64,000 nt of DNA from assembly GCF_009914755.1 (NCBI RefSeq), contig NC_060931.1; one strand, written 5' to 3'. This DNA is from the human T2T-CHM13v2.0 reference genome, Homo sapiens. The translations under genes and the position numbers were made by a program. Shown piece after piece: positions 1 to 17,860 of the stretch (positions are counted from its first letter, which is position 1; each line of letters opens with the position of its first letter). The notes under the pieces are model-generated. The model was given only the letters and a program-made list of their open reading frames with translations. It was not told where the DNA came from and made no database searches.

Positions 1-1879
1 GGTTCAGCTGCATAAGATCTAACATATTGGCAAATTAAAAGATTACAGTGTATTTCTCTCTCATATATATCTCCAAATATATAAGCCATGCAGAGCTGAT
101 ACAGTGGTTCTACTATGTCAAACCTCAAGTTCCTATCTTTTTATTTTGCCATCCCTTCTTCTGAGTGGTCTCAGATGGCTCATGATCCTGTTTGTATTCC
201 AGCCAGTGAGAAGAGGGAAAGGGCAAGAGGCAAGCACACTCTATTCCTCTAGAAGCACAGTGCCTGATACACAAGAAGACAAAAATATTAAATGAATGAA
301 TGAATGATCAACTCTACAGTAACTCTAGTTTTGAAAGACCCAAGCAGGGAAATCCTATAATAAAAGATATTTCACATTACTAGACATGGGCCTCTCATGT
401 CTTCTCATTGACCTTAGAAATATCAGGAGTGTGGAGAGTAAGATGCTTTGCAAGCTAGTGGGAAAATATTCTATTGTTATTTATACCCATTTAATCTTGG
501 AGGACTGACTCAAGCTATAGGCAGATGCCTCACAATAGGCACATGCATTTCACTCAGCTCCACTAAACCACTTCATCCAATCTCCTGGCCAGCTAATCTT
601 CCTATAACCTTCTGAGTTCAAGGTCATAGCTGGTGGTGTTAACAGAAATCATCCCAACTGGGTCTGTAATAATAAATGTCAAAAAGACTTGTAGGCAAAT
701 TGTTATTTCCCTTGCTTCTAGCTTGAGGCACGTACAATATCTACTGAATTCAGGGATACATCTTAGGGAGCATCTGTGGGTGAGGAGAATAAAAGTGCTG
801 CTACCCAAAAGGGAGATCTTGTTTTCAATTCAATTTGCTGACTTCTCAACCAAATTTAGCATTATGTGAATACTCAATTACGGCTTTTTATGCATGCCTT
901 ATAGATAAGTTGGTAAAAATCCTTCAACTGGAGGTAATTTAAGCAGGTGCAAAGATAAATCAACACATATGTGAAGAGATGTTCTTCCTGCTAAATTATT
1001 AGTAATCAATACCTTAGATACTACAATTCCTGCTAAGGTGTGACAGGATGTTGATGGTTTATAGAAAGTATTTGGCATGTTAATATTGCTAATGTTTCCT
1101 TATGCTGAAAGCATATAACATTTATTATATATTATATGACTTCCTGGTATGGCACTTAGGAGGCTACTTGTAAGTCAAATTATTCACATGATATTGCCTC
1201 TGAAGTGATACAAAACTTTAGTTCTCATATAACCATTGATTTTTTAAAATGTTTTCTCGAGAGAAAAAATTTTTAAGAAACTCAAGGGCTAAAACAGTCA
1301 CCAAATTCCAAAATAAAAATCATTATTTTCCTTGTAAATCAGACTTCCCTCTTGGGTTCCACATTAGTTGATGCCAAGACAACCCACCTCAGTCACTTGA
1401 TGGTATCTACTGTGTTTCCTGTATTTCCAGTGTCCAGGGAGGGGCCCACAGTACCATCCTCCTTTCCTCTCGACTAGGTAACAACTAATAACTTCCTAAC
1501 TCTTCTCTCTACCAACAGCATAAAATTTGAATTCCTTTCCTATAACATTTAAGGTGTATCCTATTTTGGATTCATCTAACTTTCCAGCATTATTTATTTC
1601 TACAAACCCCCAGCATACCTGACCCCTAAATGAGTAAAAACCATTCATGCCTTTTTGTTGTTGTTCATACTATTCCAAGTCTAAAACGCTGGACTACTAT
1701 CCCCTTCCTTCTTCAACAAGATAAAAATCCTGTTCTTGTGCTCAGTTCAATTGCCACTTCCTTAGTTAATCTTATTCCAATACCATCAGGAGGAACTCTT
1801 TCCACCTTGCTCCCATGACATTTTATTTGTTCTGTGTGGTATCAATAGTATAACAAATATGACAAAATAAATATAATAT

Positions 1880-2070
1880 GTTATTATTTTTAAGGCTTTA
1901 CTATGTGCCAGATACTTAGCTGAGTAAGCATTAACTCACTGAATCATCATCATTATTATTCTGTATCATAGGGGCTTCTATAAGATTAAGTAACTTATTT
2001 AAAGCCATGCCCCTAGAAACTAGGGAATTTGAATCCAGATCCTCCGACTCCAGAGATCATGCTCTTTTTA
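1880..2070 (-). mobile_element. MIR SINE remnant
   Basis: Reverse-complement MIR core motifs (ttactatgtgccag; ttaagtaactt; tttgaatccag..gactccagag). Confidence 0.6.
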
Positions 2071-2132
2071 GAGCATTCTACCTGATACTGGTAATATTTA
2101 GAACTCTAACTCTCTGTCTAAACTATAAGTTC

Positions 2133-2318
2133 TTTTTTTTTTTATTATACTTTATGTTTTAGGGTACATGTGCACATTGTGCAGGTTAGTTACATATGTA
2201 TACATGTGCCATGCTGGTGCGCTGCACCCACTAACTCGTCATCTAGCATTAGGTATATCTCCCAGTGCTATCCCTCCCCCCTGCCCCCACCCCACCACAG
2301 TCCCCAGAGTGTGATATT
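2133..2318 (-). mobile_element. 5'-truncated young L1 3' end (L1PA2-like), inserted in an L2 3' end
   Basis: Poly-T followed by reverse-complement L1 3'UTR; GAG diagnostic triplet (GATGACGAGTTAG) and CACAATGTG/AATATCACAC variants. Confidence 0.9.
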
Positions 2319-2366
2319 TGAGATGTGGGAGTATGTCTTTGTAGCTCTGCATATCCACAGTGTCTA

Positions 2367-2604
2367 ACTGCAAGCTCCGCCTCCCGGGTTCACGCCATTC
2401 TCCTGCCTCAGCCTCCCGAGTAGCTGGGACTACAGGCGCCCACCATCACGCCGGCAATTTTTTTTTTTTTTTTTTTGTATTTTTTTAGTAGAGACGGGGT
2501 TTCACCGTGTTAGCCAGGATGGTCTCGATCTCGTGACCTCATGATCCGCCCGCCTCGGCCTCCCAAAGCGCTGGGATTACAGGTGTGAGCCACCGCGCCC
2601 GGCC
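2367..2604 (-). mobile_element. AluY lacking its 3' ~60 nt and poly-A tail
   Basis: AluY diagnostics (caagctccgcc, cacgccattc, ccgtgttagccaggatgg); begins abruptly at actgcaagctcc. Confidence 0.92.
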
Positions 2605-3549
2605 CATATTCTTTAATGAATAAATGGAAAACAGGATGTGGAAGTTTGAGAACTCTAATATGGTTTTCTTAAGTCTAATAGTTTTCTTATACTACTCCTT
2701 TGTTTCCTAGCATTCAGATCCTTAGCTCATTACTGCAGATTACAAAAACTGCATATAAACCACAAAGAAGAAGCTGCAGCTGAAACAGGGCTCTGAGACC
2801 CATGTTAGCTGAACTGTCCTGAGAAGTGAAGCTATGAAAGTATCACATGATGAGCAGCCCAACCCAGGCTCAACACTTGCGAGTCAGCTAGAAATATAAT
2901 GGCAGTGTGAGCTGATTTCCACACATTGGCAAAAGTTTTGTCTAAGCCACAGCATCCCAGCCCTCCAAGCATTACAACTACGATATTTATTGAGCAATAA
3001 CAATTGCTAGATGCAATTCAGAATGTTGAATTGGGCATCATCTTTACCCAAGAGACTTGTAATTTAAATTCTACAGGCATACAGAAACTTAAGGAGGAAA
3101 GAAAGAAGGCAACGGCTTTCTCTCCTCTATCTCCCACCCGCTATGTGTAAACAATGCAATATTCCTCCGGCAATTCAAGATAGCCCCTGGATACTGTATT
3201 AGGCACTCAGTGAAGAAGAGTTAACTCACTGAGGCTGAGGTGATAGCATTTAGTGTGCTGGAGTAGTGACTTGCCATATAGACTCCAGTGTCCCAAACAA
3301 CTTAGTACAGTTTCTAGATGTGGTTAATACTCTAACGTAGTTTATGATGTGAGATCAAAGATGTAGCTAAGGTTGGACCTAGAAAAAAATTGTAAATGAG
3401 CTGGAAATATAAATTGCACCTCTCCTAATAGCATTACCTTCTGTTCTTTGGTATATGCCTCCTCCATTCCACTAGGCATCATCCCATTTATAATTTCAAC
3501 TAATCTCTACTAAACATTTAACTGGCAATGAGCCAATTAATGCATTACA

Positions 3550-4530
3550 TTTTAAAGTTAATTTTTATTTTTATCAAAGTAATACATGTACATAATTTTA
3601 AAAATAAAACATGAGAAAAAAGCAGTCCCCAAGCCAAACTCCCCTTCAGCTCCTATTCCTGATTCCTTATGGTAACCACTTTTAATTTTTTTTTAGCTAT
3701 TTCTTTTGATGTTTACATCCATTTTCTAATAATGTGGTTATACAGTTATTTCTTGATTTTTGAATTTTAAACATTATTTAATTTACTTCATTCTATGGAA
3801 TATGGGTTACCTCTTTTAATATAACCCCCCGCCTGACACACACACCCAAAACACATACATATTTCCCCTTCTCCATCTTTCCAACATAATTATGGCATCC
3901 ATTTGGGCTAAATCCACAATTAAAGCTTATATAACTATGAATCTATTAACATTATTTACATCTCAGTTTTGGAGTATATTGTAATTACATTTCTTACACA
4001 ACTTTATTTCCCAAGAGTTTATATTTGTGTCTATTATTTTTGGTTGCTTGATTTTCTACATAGCTGTCATAAACTCATTCTCAAATGCTCCATTGGACTG
4101 AAAACTCTTCTCAAGATAGTCAAACACTTCATGCAATCTATCAGCTTAATCTGTTTCTTGGAGACATCCATATGGACTTTCCTGTCCTTCTATTAAATTC
4201 TGGACTGTTTTCTAGGATGCTGGATATCTGCCATTATGGGGCTTTCCTTTGCCAGCATCCTGGCAAAGATCCAGATCCTTTGCCTCTCTCCTGTATTAGA
4301 TCCCTTGTCTTTTCTATTCCATGACTTCCTCTTTCTGATTTTACTTCTTCATCTTAATGGAACATATCTTCCCACACTTTCTTGAAAAAATGGTACAAGG
4401 GCAGTAACTTTGTTGAGACTTTACATATCTGAAAACACATTTACCCTCATATTTAGATAGGTATAGAGTTTTATTTTGCTAAGTATTTTTTCTCAGAAAT
4501 TTAATAGCATTTCTCCATGTTTTCTAGTTT
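3550..4530 (-). mobile_element. Ancient HAL1/L1M-like remnant
   Basis: Degenerate reverse-complement similarity to the HAL1-like segment at about 45900-47150. Confidence 0.5.
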
Positions 4531-4549
4531 TTGTTAATTTGTTTTCTTT

Positions 4550-4697
4550 TCTTTTATTTTTTGTTTGTTTGTTTTTAGAGATGGGGTCTTGTTCTGTCAC
4601 CCAGGCTGGAGTGCAGGGGGTGCAATCAGCTCCCGACAGCCTCGAACTCCTGGGATCAAACAATCCTCCTGCCTCAGCCTCCCAAGTAGCTGGGGCT
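4550..4697 (-). mobile_element. AluJ/FRAM right-arm fragment
   Basis: T-rich tail followed by gagatggggtcttg..cccaggctggagtgcag..cctcccaagtagctggg. Confidence 0.85.
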
Positions 4698-5065
4698 TAG
4701 TTTTTTATTATTTGATAATCCAAAAGAGTGAACATCAGTATAGTCAGTGGCAGAGCTAGGCTTCCAGCCTATATCTAATTCCAAGCCCAGGAATATTCTT
4801 CTCCTATGATATCCAGCCTTTGTATACTAAAGTATGAAGTTATAAATTTGAAATATTTCCAGCAGTAGCTGCAATTTGATAAGGGACTCATTTGCAGACC
4901 TAAAGCTTGAGTCGAAGAAGCAAAGTTATGATGGTAAAACAAGATATGTAGTTAAATTGAGGGTCAGGACCCCTGAAACCACAGGATATAACTGGTCTTC
5001 TATTTCTATTAAACGTGTCAAGTTGGTAGCATTCCCCAAAGTTTCTTGGGACTCCAGAAATTGCA

Positions 5066-5585
5066 TGTTGGGAGATAATTCTCCATGGGTCTCTCACATT
5101 TCTGCACGTCTTACAAGCAGAAACATTGACTGCCTCTGTTCCAGACTATTGTTTCAAGCCATCATCTATGGGTGGTACAGGTAGTGTTTTGCTCTGAAGC
5201 AAAGGGCAAGTTTGCCTTCAGCTCTGGAATATAGAGACAGTGTCTCCTAGGGCAAAAGACAGACATGCTTATGGCCCATTATAAATGATTTGGGTTCTCT
5301 GAACTCAGGGTTCTTCATTTATAATACTCCCCGTTGCATGTGCAAATATCACCTGCTCCTCTTTACATTGCCAGGCAGTATTTGAGGTTTAAGGGGCTGG
5401 TATAAATGCTGATATTCTGTCTACTGTTAATGCTATAAGTAATAAACTGTCCTTGGTTTATTATATAACCAAGGAGTATATATAACCCAGGAGTATTATA
5501 TCTTCTGCCAGCACCCATGAAACTGACAGGCTAACTTAGCTTGCAAATAGGATACAATTTCAGGCCCTTTTCAGCTTTTGAGACA
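5066..5585 (+). mobile_element. Solo ERVL LTR (LTR40-like)
   Basis: Starts TGTTGGGAGATAATTCTCCATGGGTCTC, has an internal AATAAA and ends ..CA; about 520 bp. Confidence 0.6.
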
Positions 5586-5873
5586 TATAATCAAAATATA
5601 TAGAAAAACAATTCAGGGAGTATATAGATTAAAAAGAGTTTCCTATTTAAAAAAAAAATTTTTTTGGCTTGGGAATACAAAATTAAAACCAAACCACAGT
5701 CTAGAAGTCCAATATACTTGAAATTTGGCTTCAACAAGTTAAATATTTTTCCAATGCACCTAAAGTGCTTAGGTGTTCCTTATTAGTATTTGATATTTCT
5801 ATGACCAAACATTCTCTGTTTACTTTTAAAGAGCTTCCACAAAATTTTTATCCTGTAAGATACAACTATTTGG

Positions 5874-6184
<311 letters not shown>

Positions 6185-6744
6185 AAGATACAACTATTTG
6201 GGAGGTAGGTGGGAAAAGGCTCCTTTACGATTAACTAAAGACTTCAAGGTCTATTTCAATTATTCTTATAGACCCAAAACCCAGTAGAATATCTCAAATG
6301 TCTTAGAAATCCTTAACTTAAAGGATAATATAAGGAATGTCTTTTGAATGCATGGCCTGTATTCATTTCTACTTACAGCATCATTAGCAACATCAGTGAA
6401 TACGCTGAAGACTGTGAACTCTGACCTCGTAAAGTAGTACATGTGCAGCATTACTGCAGGTTAATCTTCATTATCACTGTCACTCTTTAAATACCCAGAC
6501 AAGACATAGTGTCAAGAAGAAAGCATCTGTTTGTCATCATGCAACATGTAGTCCTGACCACATGAGAAAGAACAATCCAGAGCCTCCCATATATGAGAGG
6601 AAGTCTCTGGAACACAGTAACTCTAAAAAATTCATTCATTGGGCTGTTACCTCCCAAGGTCATCCTGGTGCAAAGGTCACCTAAAAAAACTATGGGAAGG
6701 TTCTGGGATGAACGAAAACAGCACAATGTTGAATTTATGCCACA

Positions 6745-6995
6745 GCTGTGATAAAGGGAAAAGAACATAGATTGTAGATTCAGGAAAATGCTATTCAAAT
6801 TCTGGTTCCACTCTGAGCAGTCATGAAACTTTGGGTATATTTTTTTACCTTCTCTGAGCTCAAATTCCTTATGTAAAAATTGTGATACTATTATATGAAC
6901 TGTGATAAAACCTGACAAGACTGTTTTGAGGATTACAATATAATGTTACGTGCAAAATGTCTGACACATAATGAACTCCTAATAGGTATTTGTTG
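6745..6995 (+). mobile_element. MIR SINE remnant
   Basis: Core motifs ttctctgagctcaaattccttatgtaaaa, ttttgaggatta, ctgacacataat. Confidence 0.6.
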
Positions 6996-7083
6996 AATCT
7001 AAACTGCAGAGAAGGCCCTGAGCAGTGCTAGGCCTTACAGATTGACATGATACAGAATCCTCAGACCCATTAAAAACTTGATG

Positions 7084-7398
<315 letters not shown>

Positions 7399-7408
7399 CG
7401 CCTGATGA

Positions 7409-9004
<1,596 letters not shown>

Positions 9005-9347
9005 CAACAAAAAACCTGATTGCATGACTTTGCCTACTTAAAATGAGTCTATTTTTTCCTTATGTTAGGTAAAGTGCTCAGCACCTTCAGTAAACAAGCA
9101 TCAGTCAGCTCTAGACAAAACAAAAAAACTTTATAGCTGAGCTAGGGTTAACCTTATTTCTGAAATTATTACATTAAGATAAAGGTGAAAATAGATGGAT
9201 TTATACCTGCTAATAGAGAGTCTGAACGCCAAATAGGAAATTTGGGCTTTATTCCATAAGCAATAATGACAGCTTAAGAAAAACTATTCTGATAGCAATA
9301 CATGAAATGGTTTGGTGGTAGTCAAAAAATAAAGTAAGAAAGATCAA

Positions 9348-9710
9348 GGCCAGACACTGTGACTCGTGCCTGTAATCCCAGAATTTTGGGAGGCTGAGGA
9401 GGAAGGATCACTTGAAGCTAGGAGTTCAAGACCAGCCTGGGCAACATAGCAAGACCTGTGTCACTCAAAAAAAAGAAAAAAAAATTAGCCGGGCATGGTG
9501 GTGCATGCCTATAGTCCTAGCTACTTTGAGAAGCTGAGGTGGGAGAAATGCTTAAGCCCAGGAGTTCAAGGTTACTGCGAGCTATGATCACACTACTACA
9601 TTCCAGCCTGAGTGATGGAACAAAACCCTGTCTCTGCCAAAAAAAAAAAAAAAAAGGGAAACAAAGAAGGAAGGAAGGAAGGGAAGGAAAGAAAGAAAGA
9701 AAAAAAGAAA
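9348..9710 (+). mobile_element. Alu (AluJ-like) with GA-rich tail
   Basis: Diverged dimer followed by A/GGAA/GAAA tract. Confidence 0.93.
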
Positions 9711-10669
9711 CATCAGTAAGAAGGAAATTTAAGTATTCTAGATCAGAGGCATCAGGCATTCAAGGAATGTTGGTAGTATTCACGTATCTGATATGAAGTC
9801 AAAAAAACCTCTTACTGGCTGTAAACTGCTCATGGAAAATGAGTAAATAGTTTACCCTTCAGATGATAGTGAGTTTATCATACATCAGTCCTAGTAACTA
9901 CTTAACAAAATAATTTCTTCAGGTAGTTAGGTTGATTTTTTTACATATCATTCTTAATAATAACATGGATATAAAAATACATCTTGGTTTCAACAGACAC
10001 TTTTGTATAAAATTTATTTATTCTAACATAAACTCTTCATTTTTGAGGGAGGAACATAGAAAAGTTATCTTGAAATGATAAGATATGAATTTGAGAGTTC
10101 AGTGAAACAATGTCAAACTTTTGGTTGAAGCTTTCAGTTTATAAACATGTTAAGTTTTTTTATATGATCAGTATAGGAAATGGGCATTGACACTGAGTAC
10201 TCTATTACAGGGCTGTATGAATGCAGAAGGCTCACAAGTTGAAGGAAATTGTAGCTAATATTTCAGGTTATTCAGGGCAGAAGAAATCATCTCATTATTT
10301 GTGTTCCATTTATGACTGGAAACTCATCCTCTCAAATATTGCCATGATTTTCAGCAAGCAAGATCATTTAGGTTTACCATCTCGGGGGCTATTATGAAAT
10401 ATTGGGTGGACATTACTGGGTTCATGTACTTGTTTACTTCTTTCATTTTTCTCTTTGCTGACCAAAGGAAATTACAAACCATTATGTGCAACTGTGTATC
10501 ATTACAGATTTATGAGAGAATAAATGGCTCCTCTGACAGATTTAAGAATGCAAAAGCCTTAAGGAGATACTTTCCTCAAAATATAATTCCATTTCCCACT
10601 CCCAAAATTGATCTCTCTCAAACTCCCTTCTCCTCTGGAACTGCTACTCCCAGTGCAGAGAAAACAGAA

Positions 10670-10679
10670 CATATATATG

Positions 10680-10710
<31 letters not shown>

Positions 10711-10757
10711 ACATATACATATATATATGTACACACACACATTATATATATATATAA
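10670..10757. repeat. Compound (TA)n(TG)n(CA)n microsatellite
   Basis: Directly visible alternating purine-pyrimidine tract. Confidence 0.95.
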
Positions 10758-11850
10758 TTTGAAATTTCATTCACTCTACTATAGTCAATTCTTCAAGTTC
10801 ATAGTTGTATTCAGTATTCATCTTAATGGCAAGATCAATCTTATGGAAAATATCAGTTCTGTAATAATAAAGAAAGGAGTATAAAAGCTTGTGAGTGGTA
10901 AACCATGCCCCTCAAAGTATAACAGTTTTAACTCAACTAGAACTCAAATAATGAAGGCTAAGAACTAAGACTAAGACTTAATTCCAAGACTAATAATTCT
11001 ATACTCAATGATTTTGAGTATGGAATTCTCAAATAAAAGGAAGAGTTAAACTCACCATAAAGATCCAAAGAAACATAGTTTGATGAAGTCATGAACAACT
11101 ATTATGCCAAATGCACAGTATTAGTAAATCTTCACACAGTCTTGATTAGGTAGCATAATAAGAAAGTCAATGATTGGTAAGGTAACCAATCAAGCTGTTA
11201 ATAAAGTGAATTCCCCTCAGTACTAGAATAAAGAAGATAAGCAAAACTGAAGTGAAAAGAAAAGAATTGTGGTAGACTGTGAAAGGTGGCCCACAAATTT
11301 GCATATGTGACTTTGTACCACGATGACTTTGTGCACTATGAGTTTGTACCATATGGATGAGCCTGAACTAGCCCTACTAATGATGATAGATACATGGCTA
11401 TCACTTCACCAGACATAGAACAATCACCAGACATGTGTGGAACCATCCTAGACAATCTAGCTATCTTTTTTGATGGAAGAAATACACAGTCAACCCACAA
11501 AACTGTGAGAAATAATAGATATTATTATAATTCACAAAGCTTTGGATAGTTTATTATGGTGCAAAAGCTAACTGATAAAGAAAATGGTACTAGGACTGAA
11601 GTGCTGCTGTTACAGCAACCTGAAATATGTAGCATTAGCTTTGGGACAAGGTGATGGATAGAGGCTGGACAAGTGACAGGAAAACTGTTAGCCAAAATTG
11701 AGAAAATAGAGAATAAATTGTTAGGAGCAAGAAAAGTGGTAAGAAACTGCTATAGCACTCAGGAAAAATGGCAATCTGTATTATATAGTAGTGCAACAAT
11801 AGCAAAACTGTTGCCTATGATAATATGGAAGATAGAAAATTTACCCGATG

Positions 11851-12431
<581 letters not shown>

Positions 12432-12605
12432 TTAATTGTATAAGATAACATACAAAAACAAGAGAGAGCTAAAGAAAGAACTGTGCAGTTTTCCTGCAGA
12501 GTTCATAAGCAATATAAAGGAGCCAGGACTTGAGAGCTGGGGGAAAGACCCTTCATATTTCTGGTCTCTCTAGCCATTAAAAGATTCTCAAAGTAATAAA
12601 TGACT

Positions 12606-12783
12606 GGCTGGGTGTAGTGGCTCATGCCTGTAATCCCAGCACTTTGGGAAGCCAAGGTGAGATGATCATTTGAGGCCAGGAATTTGAGGTTACAGTGAGC
12701 TATGATCATGGCACTGCACTCCTGTCTTGGCAACAGAGCAAGACCCTGTCTCAAAAAAAAAAAAAAAAAAAAAAAAAAAGAAA
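12606..12783 (+). mobile_element. Alu monomer (FRAM/FAM-like)
   Basis: Single monomer with long poly-A; TSD aaatgact. Confidence 0.88.
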
Positions 12784-12871
12784 GGAAATGACTTCACAGT
12801 GAAAATCCAGATCAAGGGTGTGGCTGAAAGGCCCCTTGTTAAACAACTGAATGGTGTAAGGTGGTGCCTAG

Positions 12872-13170
<299 letters not shown>

Positions 13171-14091
13171 GGTGGTGCCTACAATCTTAAGGATGTATCA
13201 CAGCAGCCTGGTATACGGCCCAAAGATGAGAGTGACTTTCTCAAAAATAATTAGTGATGTGGTCTTTAGGGCATGGAATAGGCCCAAACCATATTCATAG
13301 GAGGTCCACAAAGTTCCAAAAAGTTTTTAAAAGAGTTAGACTGATAAAAATCCCTGCAAGCTTGGACAAAAAAAAAAGTTCAAAATGAGAAGATTTCTCT
13401 GGGCCTCCAAATTTTCACATACAGAGAGCAGGCTAAGAAAGCCACCCACCTGCAAATATGAGCTATTTTTTATTGAAAACTAAGAGTGTCTCAGAGGGTA
13501 GAGAAAAGAGCCCATAGTACAACAAACCTCCTTCCTCTGAGAAGAACATCAGAGGACAGTAAGTTATAGAATTGAGCCTTGGAAGAACTGAAGCCTAATC
13601 AAAAAACGTTCTCTGCTTCTTGAATAGAGGGACCCCAGCAACATCTGACAAGCTAGACTTCAGAATTTTTATGGACTACTAACTGTTACATATCTCTCAT
13701 TTCTTCCCTTCTTTAAATGAGAGTATTTGTCGCTCTATTTTAAGTAGGGTATGGGGGCAGATAGCTTCAAGAGGAGCTGCACCTGAAATGCTGCACCTTA
13801 TCCACTTCTAAACTAACTGCAGATCACAAGATCATAAACTTCAATACTGATACCTTGGAACAAAATAATGGGGGGGATTTTCATGAAAGCAAGGATTTTT
13901 CTCTGTTTTTCTCCTTGTTGTATTCCAAACACCTAGGACAGTGATAGGTTCATGATAGGCCCTCAATAAATATTTATTGAATTAATGAATAAACTCTTTA
14001 AAAAGTTTAAACTCACGTATCATTTCATTGCTCTTTTTGTATCGTATTAGCAGACATTTGTGGTTTTCATTGCCAAAAAACAAAAAACACA

Positions 14092-14257
14092 GGCCAGGCA
14101 TAGTGGCTCATGCCTGTAATCCCAGCACTTCAGGAGGCTGAAGCAGGAAGATCACTTCAGCCTAGGAGGTCAAGGCTGCAGTGAGTCATGATCGCCCCAC
14201 CGCATTCCAGCCTGGGTGACAGAGCAAGATGCTGTTGCACAAACAACAACAACAAAA
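14092..14257 (+). mobile_element. Alu monomer (FRAM-like)
   Basis: Single monomer with (CAA)n tail. Confidence 0.88.
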
Positions 14258-15222
14258 CCCCAATGTGACCTAAATGTGGTATCCTGTTCCCAATAGTAGT
14301 TACTTTCAAAAAGAGGTAAAACCTCAATGTGAATCCAGCCACTTGCTCAGAGGAGCATCATAAGGAAATAAGAGAAGTCCTTCAAAGCTCCTAGTGAGCG
14401 GAGATCAGCTTGTACCCTGAAGCATGAGATTCTATTAGTACCTTTTGTTAGTATTCATAACTAACAGTATTATGACTGGTCATACAATTATCTAGCTTTT
14501 CTAATTCATCTCTTGACTGAATCTATGACCTCCCAGGCTAATAAATTCCACAGGTTGGCCATACATTGGGCAAAGAAATATTTTCCTTATGCTTTTTAAA
14601 TTCTAAATTTATTTCAGCCATTAATTTTACAGAATGAGTGACCCTTGTCTTAACAGTTGGAAGACATAAAATTAAGTAAATTGGACCTCCAATAAGAATG
14701 TCATTTTAGCAGTTTTGTGTGGTAATGTTTCATTTATCACGTGAACATGTGGCTGTGTTAGAAGAGTATCAATAGGTAATTATTTTCCTTTCAGATTTTT
14801 ACTTTCACAGTAGAACAGAAAGGAAATTTCAGGATAAAGATAAAGAGAAAAGAAAGAAAACAAACAAGGGATATATGACACTGTCTGGATCATGGACTGC
14901 TATCATTCTACCTGTGTTCTTTAAAATTGCTATGTTCTAAGATAATAAGATAAAAAAAAATGGATTCAATCAGTTTTAAAGCTGAAATTTTCCTGGGTAA
15001 CAATAACAGCATTTGACTATGTTTATCCCTTAGATTAGAAGCAAATGAAAGAAAAAGGATTTGCTGTTGACGGAATTTTATTCTTAAGGCTAATGGTGCC
15101 TGTAAAACAATTAACAAAGTATTTTTTAATATAATTACTGCCTGGGATCTGTGTGTATGTGTCATTTTTCACAGTCTGTTTCATTGAAATGTATAAGGTC
15201 AGCTAATAAGAAGCAGTTTGCT

Positions 15223-15564
<342 letters not shown>

Positions 15565-15734
15565 TCAGGAATCAGGTTGGGGGCCTCAGTAGGATTAAGC
15601 CTTGGAATAAACAAGGATTATTTATTTATTTAGCTTTGGTAATTTGGAAAAGCTTTACTCACTGAACTAATCACAAATTTTTTTGTAAGAACACAAGATT
15701 CCCCATTATTTAAGTTTACACTCCTGATAACCTC

Positions 15735-16018
15735 TTTTTTTTTTTTTTTAGACAGGGTCTTGTTCTGTCACCCATGCTGGAGTGCAATGGCTCGATCACA
15801 GCTCACTGCAGCCTTGACCTCCTGGGCTCAAGCAATCCTCCCACCTCAGCTGGGATAACAGGCATGCATTACCATGCCTGGCTAATTTTTGTATTTTTTG
15901 TAGAGATGGAGTTTTGCCATGTTGCCTAGGCTGGCCTCAAACTCCTGGGCTCAAGGAATCCTCCTGCCTTGACCTCCCAAATTACGGAGATTACAGGCAT
16001 GAGCCACCACATCTGGTC
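15735..16018 (-). mobile_element. Alu (AluJ)
   Basis: gcagccttgacctcctgggctcaag J-type diagnostics. Confidence 0.94.
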
Positions 16019-17489
16019 CCAATGATTATTAGGAATAATACACAATCTTAACACAGAGCAAGAAATGGTGGACATTGGGGAGTAAAACAGTGAAGCATTT
16101 TGCCACTGATGGGTTTCAGAGAATGAAAATGTGCACACTGATAAAATAACTAATATTGAAGATTATAATGTATTGTTAATCAATATCTGCATATGTTGGC
16201 ACACATGCATTAGAAAAAAAAATTACAGCTGGAAAGAATTTTGCAATCATATGGCACAACTTCAACATTTCAGTGAAGAGGAACTATGAACCTGAGAAGT
16301 GATGTGTACAAGGTAACAGAGCTACTTAATGGAAGGCAGAAAGGTTGGGCAACAGTGCTAACTTTCTTCAACAGCAACAATTCTGCCTAGGTCATAATAA
16401 CATCTTGAAAAAGGAGAACCCTCTGACATGTGACCAAAGTCTGGTCACCTTTAAGATTTCACCCCAGGCTGTTTTTTGCTCAAGCCCAGATAAATCTGCT
16501 CTCTTTCTCCAGAGCCTGGAATGCTAGAAAGACTCTTTTACTTTGGGCACAATCAGTGGAAAAGCAACTTAGAAACTTACAAGGAAAGAGTTGCAGTGGT
16601 GCTTCTTCCTCCATAATCTCCCTGCCAAAAGATTAGAGTAACTAAATTCTTTTCAGTAGTGTAGCCTTCAATACATATGACAACACTCATGAGTGTGTTG
16701 ATCTAATATATACTAAGATATTATTTCTAAAAACGTATGATTCAAATTTTCTTTATATTATGACAAATAATTATAATATTAGGTCACATATTATGGGTCT
16801 GGCCAGAGGCATGGAATCATGCTACTGTTGCTTCTACTACCACTAGTTCTCTACTCTATAGAGATATTTTTATGCTTTGTATGTCATTCTGTCACATGAA
16901 GTGTGTTGTAATGAGTATATTTATGAGTCTAGCCATTGGGAGTGGAAACTGATGTATTATGTAGCCTTGCACCTCATGTGCAGCTGAATTATAATGTAGA
17001 TCTTAACAGCCAAGAAGTCTGTAATCAGAGAAAAAAAGAATTTCAAAACATAAACTATGTTCTTGGCACTAGCCTTGAATACTGGACATTCATAACCCAC
17101 AAGTGCCCAGACTATAAATTTGCAAGTTGCATTAATACGGCAGTAAAAGTCACTCTTCTGAAAGCTGCACTTGTAAAATATTTATAAATTCACATGGTTG
17201 TTCCTGGCAAATATCTACATCTGTCAGCTCTGTCTTTTTGCTCCCAAAGCAGCAGAGTTGGTGTCCTGTGTAATTCACAATATGTTCATAAAAAATTATT
17301 TTGAAAAATCAAGATAGAAGATATTTTATTCTAAGGGGCAATATATCTGCTCCTCCAATGGTATGGTGTTACTATTTGATCTCCTGAGATCCTTTCTCAT
17401 CAAGTCTTTTTCTCTGAACAAGATTCCAAATTAGCAAGGCAAGTCCTGTGGAGTTGTCTTTAAAATCTCACATTAATATGTACAACACA

Positions 17490-17860
<371 letters not shown>

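Noticed and set aside
6487-6918. 143-aa minus-strand ORF
   Set aside because: Non-ATG start, partly MIR-derived, and no recognisable protein family.
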